DNA of 64,000 nucleotides from assembly GCA_965249555.1 (NCBI GenBank), contig OZ252243.1, positions 608,001-672,000 of the forward strand, written 5' to 3'. The DNA comes from Nitrosopumilus sp. Its GTDB lineage: Archaea > Thermoproteota > Nitrososphaeria > Nitrososphaerales > Nitrosopumilaceae. Position numbers and translations under genes: made by a program. The stretch's first letter is position 1. Every line of letters begins with the position of its first letter. The notes beneath the pieces are model-generated. The model was not told the origin of the DNA, made no database searches, and worked only from the letters and a program-made list of their open reading frames with translations. Below, piece after piece: positions 20,443-31,945 of the stretch.

Positions 20443-21755
20443 TATTGTAACCCTCCTGGCCCAAGCACTCCAGCGTAAAGCAAACCAAGTGCAATAAAGA
20501 TGTTAATGAAACAAAGGCCAATAAGCTTGGTCCAACCAAGATTCAACAACAGATCAACTCTGACTCTTGGGAACACACCTCTTGGCAATATTATAAAGAA
20601 AATCACTCCAGCTGTTTTGAGAACAAACCAAAGTGTTCCATTAAGCATTTCTTGTGTTATTGTCTCATGAAGTAACGGTCCCAATCCATCAACAGTGAGA
20701 GTGATAGGACCCATTTCAATCCCTTCAGTAATAATTTGCTCTGGGAATGCAGGTACAACCATTGGTCCATTCCAACCACCAAGGAACAAGACAACAAACA
20801 AGGCTGCAAACGCATAAAGTTTCAGATAGGATCCTAGTTGGACAAGCCCATACATCATTCCTGAGAGTTCTGTTAACCATCCGGCTACAATTTCACTTTC
20901 TGCTTCTGGCAGGTCAAATGGAATTCTTTCTAATTCTGCAAGCATTGTAATAAAAAAGACAATAGCACCAATTGGTAAAAATATAATCCAGGGGAAACTA
21001 GATTGACTTGCTGAAATTTCAGACAGGTTTAGAGTTCCAGTCAGCATAACAACTCCCAGCAAAGACAGGATTAACGGAATTTCAAATGAGACCATTTGGA
21101 ACAAGGCTCTGATGCCTCCAATGAATGGATACTTGCTGTTTGCAGACCATGCAGAAAGAATTGTGATTATTGGAAAGAATCCAATTACTGCAAATACTCC
21201 AAGTAATCCCAAGTCAACATCTGCAACTACCCAACCGGGAGCTACTGGAATTAACGCAACAAATGCGGCTGCTGTTGCAACAAAGAGTACTGGCGCTGCC
21301 CAGAAAATTGGTTTGTCAGCTTTTGCAGGAATAATAATTTCTTTAGAAATTAATTTCAGCCCATCACCCATTAACTGTAAAATACCTTCAACTTTTCCGC
21401 AGTAGAAAGGACCAACCCTTAGTTGTATTTTTGCCATCATCTTTCTTTCAACGAAAATTACAGAAGCCGCCAATAATGCTGCAAAACCAAATCCGGGAAA
21501 TGCCATTACTCTGAAGATATCAGTTGTCAGGAATGCATGTATTATTGGAAGAAGGCGTGTGGGGTTTACCAAAGCAGAAAATGCAAGAAATGGCGTAAGT
21601 AGTTCTCCATCAATTACAGGCAATGGAATGACAAATAAAATCATGAAGATTGCCGGAACACCAACTAAAACCAATAACAGCAAGATCCAGAAAATATTGT
21701 CAAGTAATGATTGGATAAATCCACTTAGTTTGAAATTTGGTGCAATAACTGACAT
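20442..21755 (-). CDS. nuoH: NADH-quinone oxidoreductase subunit H
   Basis: ERKMMAKIQLRVGP and RIPFDLPEAESE motifs. Confidence 0.95.
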   Translation of the reverse strand: MSVIAPNFKLSGFIQSLLDNIFWILLLLVLVGVPAIFMILFVIPLPVIDGELLTPFLAFSALVNPTRLLPIIHAFLTTDIFRVMAFPGFGFAALLAASVIFVERKMMAKIQLRVGPFYCGKVEGILQLMGDGLKLISKEIIIPAKADKPIFWAAPVLFVATAAAFVALIPVAPGWVVADVDLGLLGVFAVIGFFPIITILSAWSANSKYPFIGGIRALFQMVSFEIPLILSLLGVVMLTGTLNLSEISASQSSFPWIIFLPIGAIVFFITMLAELERIPFDLPEAESEIVAGWLTELSGMMYGLVQLGSYLKLYAFAALFVVLFLGGWNGPMVVPAFPEQIITEGIEMGPITLTVDGLGPLLHETITQEMLNGTLWFVLKTAGVIFFIILPRGVFPRVRVDLLLNLGWTKLIGLCFINIFIALGLLYAGVLGPGGLQ

Positions 21756-22940
21756 TTACCTGTCTGCCTCCACTGGCCAATAATTAAGACTCCAATAAAC
21801 TGATGGCATGTTGCCAAGTTTTTCACCTTTGAGAAGATATGGTAATGCAATCAGGTTTCTAAAGGAGGGAACACTCATCTTTAATCTGTATGGTTCAGGT
21901 TTGCCATCTGAAACAATATAGTAGCCTAAAGAACCCCGACCAGACTCTACACGTTTGTATACTGTATCAAATCCTTTCCCTTTTGGATTTGGTTTTAGTT
22001 TAACTCTAACAGAACCGGACTTTGGCATTTTTTGTAATGCTTGTCTAATTATGTTGCAGCTTTCCATCATGTCAAGCCACGGGATTTTGGATCTTGCATA
22101 AGCATCTCCTGCTGTCATCACGTTAGTGTGAATGTCCAACTCATCATAAACATCGTAAGGTTCTTTCTTTCTAAGATCAAAATCAACGCCACTTGCACGA
22201 AGTACAGAACCAGTTGTTCCAAGTCTAATTGCATCTTGGCGCGATAGTACACCAGTATCTTGGGTTCTTGAAATTAGAATTGGGTTGTCATAAAAGACTG
22301 CAGCATATTCTTTGATACGTTTTTCAAAATAGTTGACTTGACGTAAACAGACATCTTCAAAGTTTGGTGGCAAGTCATTTCTTACTCCGCCAGGAATAAA
22401 ATGTGCATGTGTGACTCTAGCACCAGTCATTTTTTCCATTAGATCAATTAAGAGCTCACGGTCACCTGCGGGCCACATAAACATTGTAGAATGTCCTAAG
22501 AAAATTCCATAAATTGCAAGCCAATACATTATGTAGATACACCTGTTTAGCTCAGCTGCAATGACTCTGACATACTGTGCACGCTCAGGAACTTCAATTC
22601 CAAGAAGTTCTTCAACTCCCAATACATATGGATAAAGAACATTACATGAATCATGGATTACTGGTCTTTCCAAGTGAGGGACATTTGTGATATAGTTTCT
22701 ATATTCTGCCATTTTTTCTTCTCCGCGGTGTACGTATCCAGGATCAGGATCGCAGGCAACAATATAGTCACCATCAATTTGTACAATAAGTCTCATGTGA
22801 CCAGAACCCGGATGCTGTGGTCCAACATTAAGAGTCATGATTCTCTCATCAACTTTTTTGAGTGCTAATCCTGGTGGTAACCAATCAGATGATGGTTTTT
22901 CCATCTGTATTTCTGATGATGCTGGTAATTCTGTAGTCAT
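21756..22940 (-). CDS. nuoD: NADH-quinone oxidoreductase subunit D
   Basis: LNVGPQHPGSGH and GYVHRGEEK motifs; start set at MTTELP. Confidence 0.95.
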   Translation of the reverse strand: MTTELPASSEIQMEKPSSDWLPPGLALKKVDERIMTLNVGPQHPGSGHMRLIVQIDGDYIVACDPDPGYVHRGEEKMAEYRNYITNVPHLERPVIHDSCNVLYPYVLGVEELLGIEVPERAQYVRVIAAELNRCIYIMYWLAIYGIFLGHSTMFMWPAGDRELLIDLMEKMTGARVTHAHFIPGGVRNDLPPNFEDVCLRQVNYFEKRIKEYAAVFYDNPILISRTQDTGVLSRQDAIRLGTTGSVLRASGVDFDLRKKEPYDVYDELDIHTNVMTAGDAYARSKIPWLDMMESCNIIRQALQKMPKSGSVRVKLKPNPKGKGFDTVYKRVESGRGSLGYYIVSDGKPEPYRLKMSVPSFRNLIALPYLLKGEKLGNMPSVYWSLNYWPVEADR

Positions 22941-22942
22941 CT

Positions 22943-23539
22943 CTATCTTCCCTTTATTGCAAAGTCCTTTCGAAGTGGAGGCAAGTCTGCCCAATCTTCT
23001 GGCAAAAGTAATCTTCTGTTATCAGGATGGTTTTCAAAGAAAACACCAAACATTTCAAAAACTTCCCGTTCATGAAACTCTACACTGTAAAATATATCTC
23101 TAAGACTGGGAAGTTTTGTCGCGTCATTTCCAGGAATTGGATTTTCTTCTCGTTGGGCCCTAGTAGATAGGGCGATAATTTGTCTTGCTAATGAAGAATC
23201 AGAATAAGAGCCAATATGATAGACAACTTCAATCTCTTTGTCTTGCGGATAGTCTACGCCTGAAACAGATTCTACATGATCATAGTTTAATGCATCACGG
23301 ATGAACTCTGCAACGTCATGGATATTTTCCCGACTTGCACTAATTCCAATCCTATCTTCTTTAACAAATGTAACTGCAACTTTATCACCGAATTTTTCAG
23401 TTATCTTATCGGAAATTCCTTTCTCAAATGCAGGTAATTCTACTGATTCTTCTGGTTTTTTTGCTACGGGTTTAGGCGGAGGAGGTGTTTTTACTTCAGG
23501 TTTAGCATCAGCAGGAGGATTTTCAGTCTCGGCACTCAT
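22943..23539 (-). CDS. nuoC: NADH-quinone oxidoreductase subunit C
   Basis: EREVFEMFGVFFENHP..RRLLLP...PLRKDF motif. Confidence 0.95.
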   Translation of the reverse strand: MSAETENPPADAKPEVKTPPPPKPVAKKPEESVELPAFEKGISDKITEKFGDKVAVTFVKEDRIGISASRENIHDVAEFIRDALNYDHVESVSGVDYPQDKEIEVVYHIGSYSDSSLARQIIALSTRAQREENPIPGNDATKLPSLRDIFYSVEFHEREVFEMFGVFFENHPDNRRLLLPEDWADLPPLRKDFAIKGR

Positions 23540-24236
23540 TATACAAACTTCCTAGATGTCATACATTTTAGCGTTTATTTGGGATTTTATGTATATACCA
23601 GAAGATCGATATTGGGCAAGATCTGTCATTTTTCCAGATATTAGTATGTGATTTTACTATTAAAACAAATGGTTTTGAAAATTCAGCGATTGCTGGATCA
23701 GTTTTTGATAACGCTTCTTTGGTATTTCGGCATTGTGGAAACCATTCATTTTTGACACGTTTGCAGACTAGATTCATCTGTTTGGATCCATTGGAAATGC
23801 TTTGTGACAAGAAAAAAGAGAGGTCACAAACATGTGATGGTTCTCTCCAAAAATACCAAAAAACAAGATGTTAAAAAATGCAAAATCTGCAAACATCATT
23901 TTTTTCTTTTCTAATTATTAATTATGACAATTTCATCATCAAATTAGTAGAATATTTTATTTACACACAAAAGCTAAACCCCCATTTTAATTCTTCAAAA
24001 AAAATTTAGGATGTAATTACAGTTTCTTTATCAAGTTTTCTTTCAAGTTCCACTATAGTTGTTGAGTTAACATCTAAGAGTACATTTTACCAAATATAAA
24101 ATTTATCAGTATCTACTGAAAAAACGTGGGTTTTTCTTTTATGTCTACACCAGTTATTTGTGAAAGAGTAACAACAATATTATCTAAAGTGTAATCTGAT
24201 ATTCCTTCTTTAACAATGATTTGTAATTTTTTCAAG

Positions 24237-24467
24237 TTACTTCTCGACGATTGTCAGATCAACCAAATTGTTACCAAATTTCTTTTCAATCTCGTGTGAT
24301 ACTTTGATGGCATCTTCCCAACTTGAGAATGTTTTTAGTGCAGTATGATCATAACTTTTATCCTTTACAGTCTTGTTTTTAAAATCAGGCATTAAAAGTT
24401 GAGTTTTTTTGCATGAATCCTCATCAATACAAGTCAAACGAAATTCAAAAACAGGCATTAGAAACAT
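24237..24467 (-). CDS. Hypothetical protein
   Basis: 76-aa ORF. Confidence 0.4.
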   Translation of the reverse strand: MFLMPVFEFRLTCIDEDSCKKTQLLMPDFKNKTVKDKSYDHTALKTFSSWEDAIKVSHEIEKKFGNNLVDLTIVEK

Positions 24468-24971
24468 TCCTCCTTTAATTCCAAATAATAATGTAGGTTC
24501 AAACTAAACAATACATTCATCCCATAAACCCTCTCTAATTCTGTTTGGAATTGTTTGTTCTATTAACTGCTTTTCTATGAATACAGTTTTCATGATACAA
24601 ATCATCTGTTTCATTTAGATAGGATGTGGTTCATATATTTATGATGATCTTAATTAATATGCAGTTAAATATCAAACCAATTTTATTTCCTTATTATCAT
24701 AGGAATTATTTGAATATGGGTGTTCCAATCAGATACAAAACACCAATAAGAAATGACACATAGAATCTTGCTAGGGATTTTTATTTGTTTTGTAATCATT
24801 CCAATGAACAAAACATAATGAGATCCTTTGCTTTCTCTATTTGAATAATTTGAGAAATCGGTTAAAAATGAGAATTGATTATGTCCATGTCTCAATTATC
24901 TAATATTATAACTACAGGATCACATATAAAAATTTTAAAGATTTATACCATACTGATTATGTTTGTATAAT

Positions 24972-25946
24972 ATGAAATTTTTAGATGAAGATAGATTATT
25001 AGCAGAAGTAGAGTTAGAACCAACACAGGGTTCACGTTTCCAACCAACAGGATTCCCATCATTAGGATCTGCAGAATTCACAACTGTGGATAACGAAGGC
25101 AAAAATATTAACTCACTTTTAGTAGAATCTACACAATCAATGGCAAACAGATTAGAAGTTGTTTGTATGAATGATACAAAAACTGAACTTGTAGAAACAC
25201 TTTCTGATTTACCTGTAATAAAATTAAATGATTCAAATGGGAATTTTATAACAAATTCCATACTTGAAGCACATCGCATGAATTCATCATACCTACTAAA
25301 AGGAGAAAAAGGTAAATTGCTTCATAAGATATCAACCGATCTAGACATAACGGATAACAAAACACATGTTCCAAATATTTCAAAATTTGCAGAATTTGTT
25401 TTCAAATATGATACAAACTCCATTTTACACGGATTGTTTTTAGCTAACTCTGACATAGCAGGTGGTAGATACAAACTTACTCGTTCTCTTTCCTCATTTA
25501 TTGAAGCATCAAATATCAAAGTCAGTGTAAGTGGAGGAGTAAAGCTTGATCACATTGATCCAAAAGGTGGTGAAGGTGGAGCAGAAAAAGGATACGGGCA
25601 CATACCATACTCTAGAACAGAATACACAGCAGAATCAATAAAGGCATACTTTAGTATAGATTTGTCACTTATTCGTTCATATGGTCTATCTAATGTTGCA
25701 AATGAATTTCTATTGACATTTGCAATGTGGAAGATTCAATCTTTTCTTAAAACAGGACTACGACTTCGCACTGCATGTGATCTGAAAGTAAAAAATACCT
25801 TGGCTGTAACGTATCCAAACAACGTAACCATTCCAAGTCTAGATGAATTAGATACAGACTTGAGAAACAGTATAAAAAAATGTAAAAATGAAGGACTTTT
25901 TTGTACGGATCCGATAATCGTAGAACATATAGAGACAAAAAAGTAA
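24972..25946 (+). CDS. csb1: Type I-G Cas7 (Csb1)
   Basis: RFQPTGFP, LLVESTQSMANRLE, LEAHR and LRLRTACDL motifs. Confidence 0.93.
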   Translation: MKFLDEDRLLAEVELEPTQGSRFQPTGFPSLGSAEFTTVDNEGKNINSLLVESTQSMANRLEVVCMNDTKTELVETLSDLPVIKLNDSNGNFITNSILEAHRMNSSYLLKGEKGKLLHKISTDLDITDNKTHVPNISKFAEFVFKYDTNSILHGLFLANSDIAGGRYKLTRSLSSFIEASNIKVSVSGGVKLDHIDPKGGEGGAEKGYGHIPYSRTEYTAESIKAYFSIDLSLIRSYGLSNVANEFLLTFAMWKIQSFLKTGLRLRTACDLKVKNTLAVTYPNNVTIPSLDELDTDLRNSIKKCKNEGLFCTDPIIVEHIETKK

Positions 25947-25956
25947 TGGAACCAAA

Positions 25957-27429
25957 TTGTTTTGTATTAGAATCTGTTTTTTAAGTGGAGCTTATCATGC
26001 AACTCCATGGGGTAAACATGTCAACGAAGGAATTCCAGAATGGCCGCCATCTAGTTGGCGTCTTCTGCGTGCAATCATAGCGTCATGGAAAAACACATGT
26101 TCAGATATAACAGAGGATACAGTATGGCCAATTTTGCAAAAATTAATACAAGAACCCCCAGAGTATTATCTTCCAGATGCAAGTGTCTCTCACACACGTC
26201 ATTACATGCCAACATACAATAAACCAACATTAATCATGAATACATTTGTAGTTACGGGAGACAGACCGTTAGACATAATATGGAAATATGTGGAATTAGA
26301 AAAAAATGAAATTGATACTCTTGAAAAAATTTTAAAGAATATGCATTATTTTGGACGTGCAGAGTCATGGTGTACTGCAGGCATACAAGTAAAACCAAAT
26401 GAACCAAATTGTAGCAAGTTTGATGAACAGAGCATCCCAAAAGATGTAGAGTTGGTAAGAGTTTTGGTTCCAAACAAAGGTGTAAAATTTAAAGATTTTT
26501 CAGAACAATTCAAAGAATTAAAAAAAAATAATACAGACAACATAAGTGTAACTACTCAACAATTACAAGACAAGGGATTCATAGATCCGCCAGGTGCAAG
26601 ATGGATTCGCTATACCAGACCAGTGAATTGTTTTGAAGCAAAGACAAACGATACAGTCACAACTGAAACATTATCAAAAGTAACACTGATTCGTTATGCA
26701 GTAGTAAATACAGTTAGGCCAGAAATCAAAGACACATTACGCGTCGGAGATTTAGCAAGAACCGCTTGCATGTCCAGATACGGTAAAAAGAAAAATGGCG
26801 GTACATCAAAAATATTTTCAGGTAAAGATGAAAATAAAAAGCCGTTAGAAGGTCACAAACATGCTTTTTATCTACCAACATACGAGACACAGAATAAAGA
26901 GATAGATCATATTACCATTTTTGCAAAAGGTGGGTTTAATGCAGATGAGTTAGATGTATTATTCTCGTTGAAGAGATTATACCGATATGATTTGATGGAC
27001 ATACGCCTGATCTTTGAAGATTGTGGTACGGTTGATAATTTTACAGACATTCCCATATTTAAAAAAGAGCGTGTTTGGGTATCTACCACGCCGATGGTTC
27101 TTTCTAGACACATCAAATATCGCGGAACGGGATCAAACAAACATATGGTTGATGGTCCCAAAGAACAAATTTCTAATGAAATAAAACAAAGATACGATTC
27201 TTCATATAAAATTAAAGACATACAAATAGATGAAAAACCAACAAACATGCATAATACAAATATCAAACCATTTGATTTTTTCAGATGGCGAAATCATGGA
27301 AGAGTGGGAAGTGATAAGACATACAAAGTTAGATTAGAGTTTGAAGAACCTGTAAAAGGACCAATTACATTGGGATATGGATCACATTTTGGATTGGGCA
27401 TGTTTGTACCAGAGGATTATCATGAATAA
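25957..27429 (+). CDS. csb2: Type I-G Cas5/Cas6 fusion (Csb2)
   Basis: YHATPW, EWPPSSWRLLRA and GPITLGYGSHFGLGMF motifs. Confidence 0.93.
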   Translation: MFCIRICFLSGAYHATPWGKHVNEGIPEWPPSSWRLLRAIIASWKNTCSDITEDTVWPILQKLIQEPPEYYLPDASVSHTRHYMPTYNKPTLIMNTFVVTGDRPLDIIWKYVELEKNEIDTLEKILKNMHYFGRAESWCTAGIQVKPNEPNCSKFDEQSIPKDVELVRVLVPNKGVKFKDFSEQFKELKKNNTDNISVTTQQLQDKGFIDPPGARWIRYTRPVNCFEAKTNDTVTTETLSKVTLIRYAVVNTVRPEIKDTLRVGDLARTACMSRYGKKKNGGTSKIFSGKDENKKPLEGHKHAFYLPTYETQNKEIDHITIFAKGGFNADELDVLFSLKRLYRYDLMDIRLIFEDCGTVDNFTDIPIFKKERVWVSTTPMVLSRHIKYRGTGSNKHMVDGPKEQISNEIKQRYDSSYKIKDIQIDEKPTNMHNTNIKPFDFFRWRNHGRVGSDKTYKVRLEFEEPVKGPITLGYGSHFGLGMFVPEDYHE

Positions 27430-29782
27430 TTCACCAAACTACAAAAACTTTGAAGCTTTTTTTAAAAAAGCTACAGGATATGATCCCTATCCTTATCAGA
27501 TCAAACTTGCAGAATCCCAAATACCAGCAGTGATTAATGTACCTACAGGTGCAGGTAAGACAGAAGCTGCAATATTATCATTATGGATGTGGAGAAGGGA
27601 ATTAAAAGATGAAAATACACCAACCAGATTAATTTATTGTCTTCCCATGAGAGTGTTAGTGGAGCAGACCGTTCAGAGAGTGAGGAAATGGATCGAAAAT
27701 TTAGGATTAGATGATGTAATTGGAGTAATATCGCTTATTGGAGGTAGTAAGTATGAAGAATTCCAAAAACACCCCAGTAAAAAATACATCATCATAGGCA
27801 CACAAGATATGCTTATTTCAAGTGCACTTAATCGAGCATATGGAAAGAGTCCATATGCATGGCCCGCCTTTTTTGGTCTGTTTAATAATGACTGTATGTG
27901 GATCATGGATGAAATACAGATTATGGAAAATGGTCTCCCAACATCACTACAATTAGATGTATTTCGTAAGCAATTTAAAACATATGGATCATCAAAGACA
28001 GTTTGGATGTCTGCCACAATAAACAAAGATTGGCTGAAAACGATAAATTTTGACGGCATAAAGGATTCAGAGATTTGTAGTCTGGGTAAAGAAGATAAAA
28101 ATCATGAAGAGTTAAAAAAGCGCAACGAGGCAGCAAAAACACTTCACACCGCAGACATTGAATTTAAAAAATATGATAGCAAAGTTGTAAAATATCTGTA
28201 CAGTCTACACAAAAAAGGAACAACTACTGCCATCATGGTAAACACGGTTAAAAGAGCGCAAGAACTGTATGATCTATTTAAAAAAGAAGGATTAGAATGC
28301 AAATTAATTCATTCTAGGTTTAGAGAGAAAGACAGATCCGAATTAAATAAATGGATAAATAACTTGGGCAAAGAGGAAGTCATCATATCAACACAGGTAC
28401 TAGAAGCAGGAGTAGATATTTCTGTTCGTACAATGATCACAGAGATTGCACCATGGGCAAACATGGTACAACGTTTTGGAAGATGCAATAGAACTGGGGA
28501 ATTAGACCAAGCTGACATATACTGGATAGATCTACCTGACAAATTATTTGCACCATATGAAGAAAAAGATATGGAACTTGCAAAAGAAAAATTAAAAGAG
28601 CTGGACAACAAGTCAGTATCTCCAATTAATCTTCCAGACATCACAGAACAGAAAATTTTTGATGTCATACTACGAAAAAGAGATTTGGTGGATCTGTTTG
28701 ACAATGCATCTGACATATCTGGGAATTATGTAGATGCCTCAAGATTTGTACGTACAATTAAGCAGCAATTAAATGTCGAAGTATTTTGGAGAGATGATCT
28801 AACAAATAATGAAGAAGTGCAGAAACAAAACAGACATGAACGCAATGAGATATGCAGTGTTCCAATATATGATCTAAAAGAATTTCTAAAAAAAGCAAAA
28901 GTGGCATACTCGTGGAATAATGTAGAAGAGAAATGGGAGAGGATTAAAGCAGGTAAAATTTTTCCCGGACAAGTAGTTATGATAGATAGCAAAAAAGGAG
29001 GATATTCAAAAACATATGGATGGAAAAAAGAAATTGGAGAAAAAGTAGAGGCATGCCAAACATCAGATAAAAAAAATGATTCAAATGGATATGATGCACA
29101 ATCAGAATCAAAGAATCCAGTAACGCTAGAAGAACACACCAGTCATGTATCAGAAGAGATGAAAACCATACTAGCCAAATTGAAAATCATAGATAAGGAC
29201 ATCAAAGATATCATGACTACTGCTGCCAGATATCATGACATTGGTAAGATACACAATGTATTTCAAGACACATTAAAAAAAGGAATCATAGATAATGAGA
29301 TTGCCAAAACCAAAATATGGGCCAAGAGCCAAAAAATGAGTAAACATTCCATACCAGGTTTCAGACATGAGGTAGTCAGTGCACTAGTATATCTTAAACA
29401 ACCAGGCATAACACAAGATAAAAAATTGCAGAATCTTGTGGCATATCTTATAGTTTCACATCATGGAAAAGTTAGACTCTCATTAAGAGATGTAATTAAG
29501 AAAAAATATGAGGTAAAAGACCAGAAATATTTGTTAGGAATAAATGTAAATGGTGAGACCATACCAGAATTCTCTAGCGATGCAGTATCTGTCAAGGCAA
29601 CTGAAATAGACGTTTTATTAGCAAAAATTGGTCAAAACAATACATCAGAACCATCATGGGTAGAAAGAGCATTGTCTTTACGTGATGAGTATGGACCATT
29701 CCGTCTTGGATATCTTGAATCGTTACTCAGAGCAGCAGACACACTTGCCAGTCAAAAAGAGAGTGAAAGAAGATATGACTAG
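27422..29782 (+). CDS. cas3: Type I-G Cas3 (helicase with C-terminal HD nuclease)
   Basis: PTGAGKT, DEIQ, SAT and QRFGRCNR, followed by HDIGK...HHG at the C-terminus. Confidence 0.95.
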   Translation: MNNSPNYKNFEAFFKKATGYDPYPYQIKLAESQIPAVINVPTGAGKTEAAILSLWMWRRELKDENTPTRLIYCLPMRVLVEQTVQRVRKWIENLGLDDVIGVISLIGGSKYEEFQKHPSKKYIIIGTQDMLISSALNRAYGKSPYAWPAFFGLFNNDCMWIMDEIQIMENGLPTSLQLDVFRKQFKTYGSSKTVWMSATINKDWLKTINFDGIKDSEICSLGKEDKNHEELKKRNEAAKTLHTADIEFKKYDSKVVKYLYSLHKKGTTTAIMVNTVKRAQELYDLFKKEGLECKLIHSRFREKDRSELNKWINNLGKEEVIISTQVLEAGVDISVRTMITEIAPWANMVQRFGRCNRTGELDQADIYWIDLPDKLFAPYEEKDMELAKEKLKELDNKSVSPINLPDITEQKIFDVILRKRDLVDLFDNASDISGNYVDASRFVRTIKQQLNVEVFWRDDLTNNEEVQKQNRHERNEICSVPIYDLKEFLKKAKVAYSWNNVEEKWERIKAGKIFPGQVVMIDSKKGGYSKTYGWKKEIGEKVEACQTSDKKNDSNGYDAQSESKNPVTLEEHTSHVSEEMKTILAKLKIIDKDIKDIMTTAARYHDIGKIHNVFQDTLKKGIIDNEIAKTKIWAKSQKMSKHSIPGFRHEVVSALVYLKQPGITQDKKLQNLVAYLIVSHHGKVRLSLRDVIKKKYEVKDQKYLLGINVNGETIPEFSSDAVSVKATEIDVLLAKIGQNNTSEPSWVERALSLRDEYGPFRLGYLESLLRAADTLASQKESERRYD

Positions 29783-31865
29783 GATAACACTTGAGTGCAC
29801 ATCAACGTTACTATCAGACTATTTCAAAGCTCTAGGCATATTTCGAATCATGACAGAACAAAGCGATTCTAATATTACAGCATATTGGAGATATGATAAA
29901 TTTGTTTTGGAAACAAGCATGAGTGAAGAAGAAATTTTGGAGTTTATTTTAAAACAATACAAGCCGACGCCTATAATCACACCGTGGAGTTATAACAAAT
30001 ACATAAAAACAAAAGCATCAATCAAAACAAAATTAGATGCAAAAGATGATAGGTTTGAATCATATCGTACGGTAATACAAGAAATAGACAAAATTAATGA
30101 AATGTTCTGCAAGATTTTAAATCTAAATGAAATGAAAAAAGATACCATAACTAAAAAAACAAAGTTGTTATTTTTGCAACTATGTAGAAATAATTTTCCA
30201 GATGAAGCATTATCTTGGCTAGATGTAAATGTTGTGCTAGATGGAACAGATGCAAAATTTGCACCAATTACAGGATCGGGTGGAAATGACGGTAATTTTG
30301 ATATGGCTGAAAACTTTGTCAAGTATCTAATAGAGATGTTTGATCATAATGAAGAATCCAAAAACTTGCTGAAAGAATCACTCTTTGGAGGATCAAGTAA
30401 ATTGGAAGAAACAACTATGATAGGTCACAACCCAGATGGGAATAGTAGTGCAACATCAGGACAAGGTTTTGAAGGTAGATCACTGTCAAACAAGTGGGAT
30501 TACATACTGATGTTAGAAGGAATAATCTCGTTTGCAGGAAATCTGGCTAGACGTCAATCTCAAGGGAAAGGGAAAGCAGTATTTCCATTTACAACAGATG
30601 GCTCACATGTTGGCTATGCAACTGCATCAGATGATGAAAGGGATATCAGAGGTGAGATATGGTTGCCAATATGGAATAATCCTGCCACGTATAGAGAGAT
30701 CGCACATATGTTTAGTGAAGGACGGGTTCAGCTTAATGGAAAACAAGCTGGGACAGGAACAGAGTTTGCACGTGCCATAGTTAGTTTAGGTGTGGAAAGA
30801 GGGATATCGGCATTTCAAAGATTCAGTATTGTGCAAAGAAAAGGAGACGCATATTATTACATCAATGCAGGTAAAATACACACCGCAGATGAATCTGCAG
30901 TTTATTTATTAAGTGAGTTGGATAATTGGTATAATCCAATTTATCAAAAGAGCCAATCAAAAGAGAGTCCAGTGTCGATAAAACGGCATGTCAGAAATTT
31001 TGAAAACGAAGTGATGGAATTTTGCAAATATAGAAAAAAAGAACATCTCTTAAAAATAATGATTCAGGTTGGAAAGATAGAAAAACAGACATCATTGAGC
31101 AAAGAATTAAACCCATTACAGGAACTATCTGCGCAGTGGCTTGATGAGAGCTATGACAATTCAGTGGAATTTAGACTGGCAGCATCCATTGCATCAATAA
31201 AATCAGATAACAACGTAGGAGGAATACGAGAAAACTTGGAAGATATACAATATGGAGAAAGATGGGAACATAAAAAAGAATCAACAACATCTGTGTGGAA
31301 AGAAAATGATGATCTATTAAGGAATATGGGTCGTGTATTGCAAAGACGTGGAATAGATGGTAAAATAAAATCATTGGATGCCATACCAATTAAGGGGATC
31401 ATACCTGCAAGAATGGAGGATATTATAAAATTTCTCAGAGGAGAAGTAGATATGAGAAAAATAAATGACCTAGTTCTTCCGTTATCCATGATATCAATAA
31501 ATCAAAAGACAGAATATCCTTGGAAATCTATGAATAATGATGATATTTACGATATGCCAATACCAGAAGCATATATCATAATGAAGTTGATATGTCCTCC
31601 AGATAGAGATGAAAAAATCCCATACGACACATCAATACTAAATATGTTACATGCAGGAAGATTTGATGATGCTTATGCAAAAACAGCATACATACTACAT
31701 TCACACATGCGATCACCATTAAAATATTCAAAAATAAACGGCATGCCTAAAATATTGATTTCAGATATCATTAAAAAAAATATAATGGCGTCACTATTGT
31801 TTCCAATTTCAAAACATGATAGACAGAAAATGTTGCGTATGGTTACAGTTCAACAAAATTCATAG
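29775..31865 (+). CDS. csx17: Type I-G Cas8 (Csx17/Cas8g)
   Basis: YFKALG, YKPTPIITPW, GSGGNDG and GEIWLPIW motifs. Confidence 0.9.
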   Translation: MTRITLECTSTLLSDYFKALGIFRIMTEQSDSNITAYWRYDKFVLETSMSEEEILEFILKQYKPTPIITPWSYNKYIKTKASIKTKLDAKDDRFESYRTVIQEIDKINEMFCKILNLNEMKKDTITKKTKLLFLQLCRNNFPDEALSWLDVNVVLDGTDAKFAPITGSGGNDGNFDMAENFVKYLIEMFDHNEESKNLLKESLFGGSSKLEETTMIGHNPDGNSSATSGQGFEGRSLSNKWDYILMLEGIISFAGNLARRQSQGKGKAVFPFTTDGSHVGYATASDDERDIRGEIWLPIWNNPATYREIAHMFSEGRVQLNGKQAGTGTEFARAIVSLGVERGISAFQRFSIVQRKGDAYYYINAGKIHTADESAVYLLSELDNWYNPIYQKSQSKESPVSIKRHVRNFENEVMEFCKYRKKEHLLKIMIQVGKIEKQTSLSKELNPLQELSAQWLDESYDNSVEFRLAASIASIKSDNNVGGIRENLEDIQYGERWEHKKESTTSVWKENDDLLRNMGRVLQRRGIDGKIKSLDAIPIKGIIPARMEDIIKFLRGEVDMRKINDLVLPLSMISINQKTEYPWKSMNNDDIYDMPIPEAYIIMKLICPPDRDEKIPYDTSILNMLHAGRFDDAYAKTAYILHSHMRSPLKYSKINGMPKILISDIIKKNIMASLLFPISKHDRQKMLRMVTVQQNS

Positions 31866-31945
31866 ACAGAAATAGAGTTACAATATAAAGATTCAACATT
31901 TTTACAAGTTGATGAATTTTATAGATTTACAGACTTGTTAAGCAA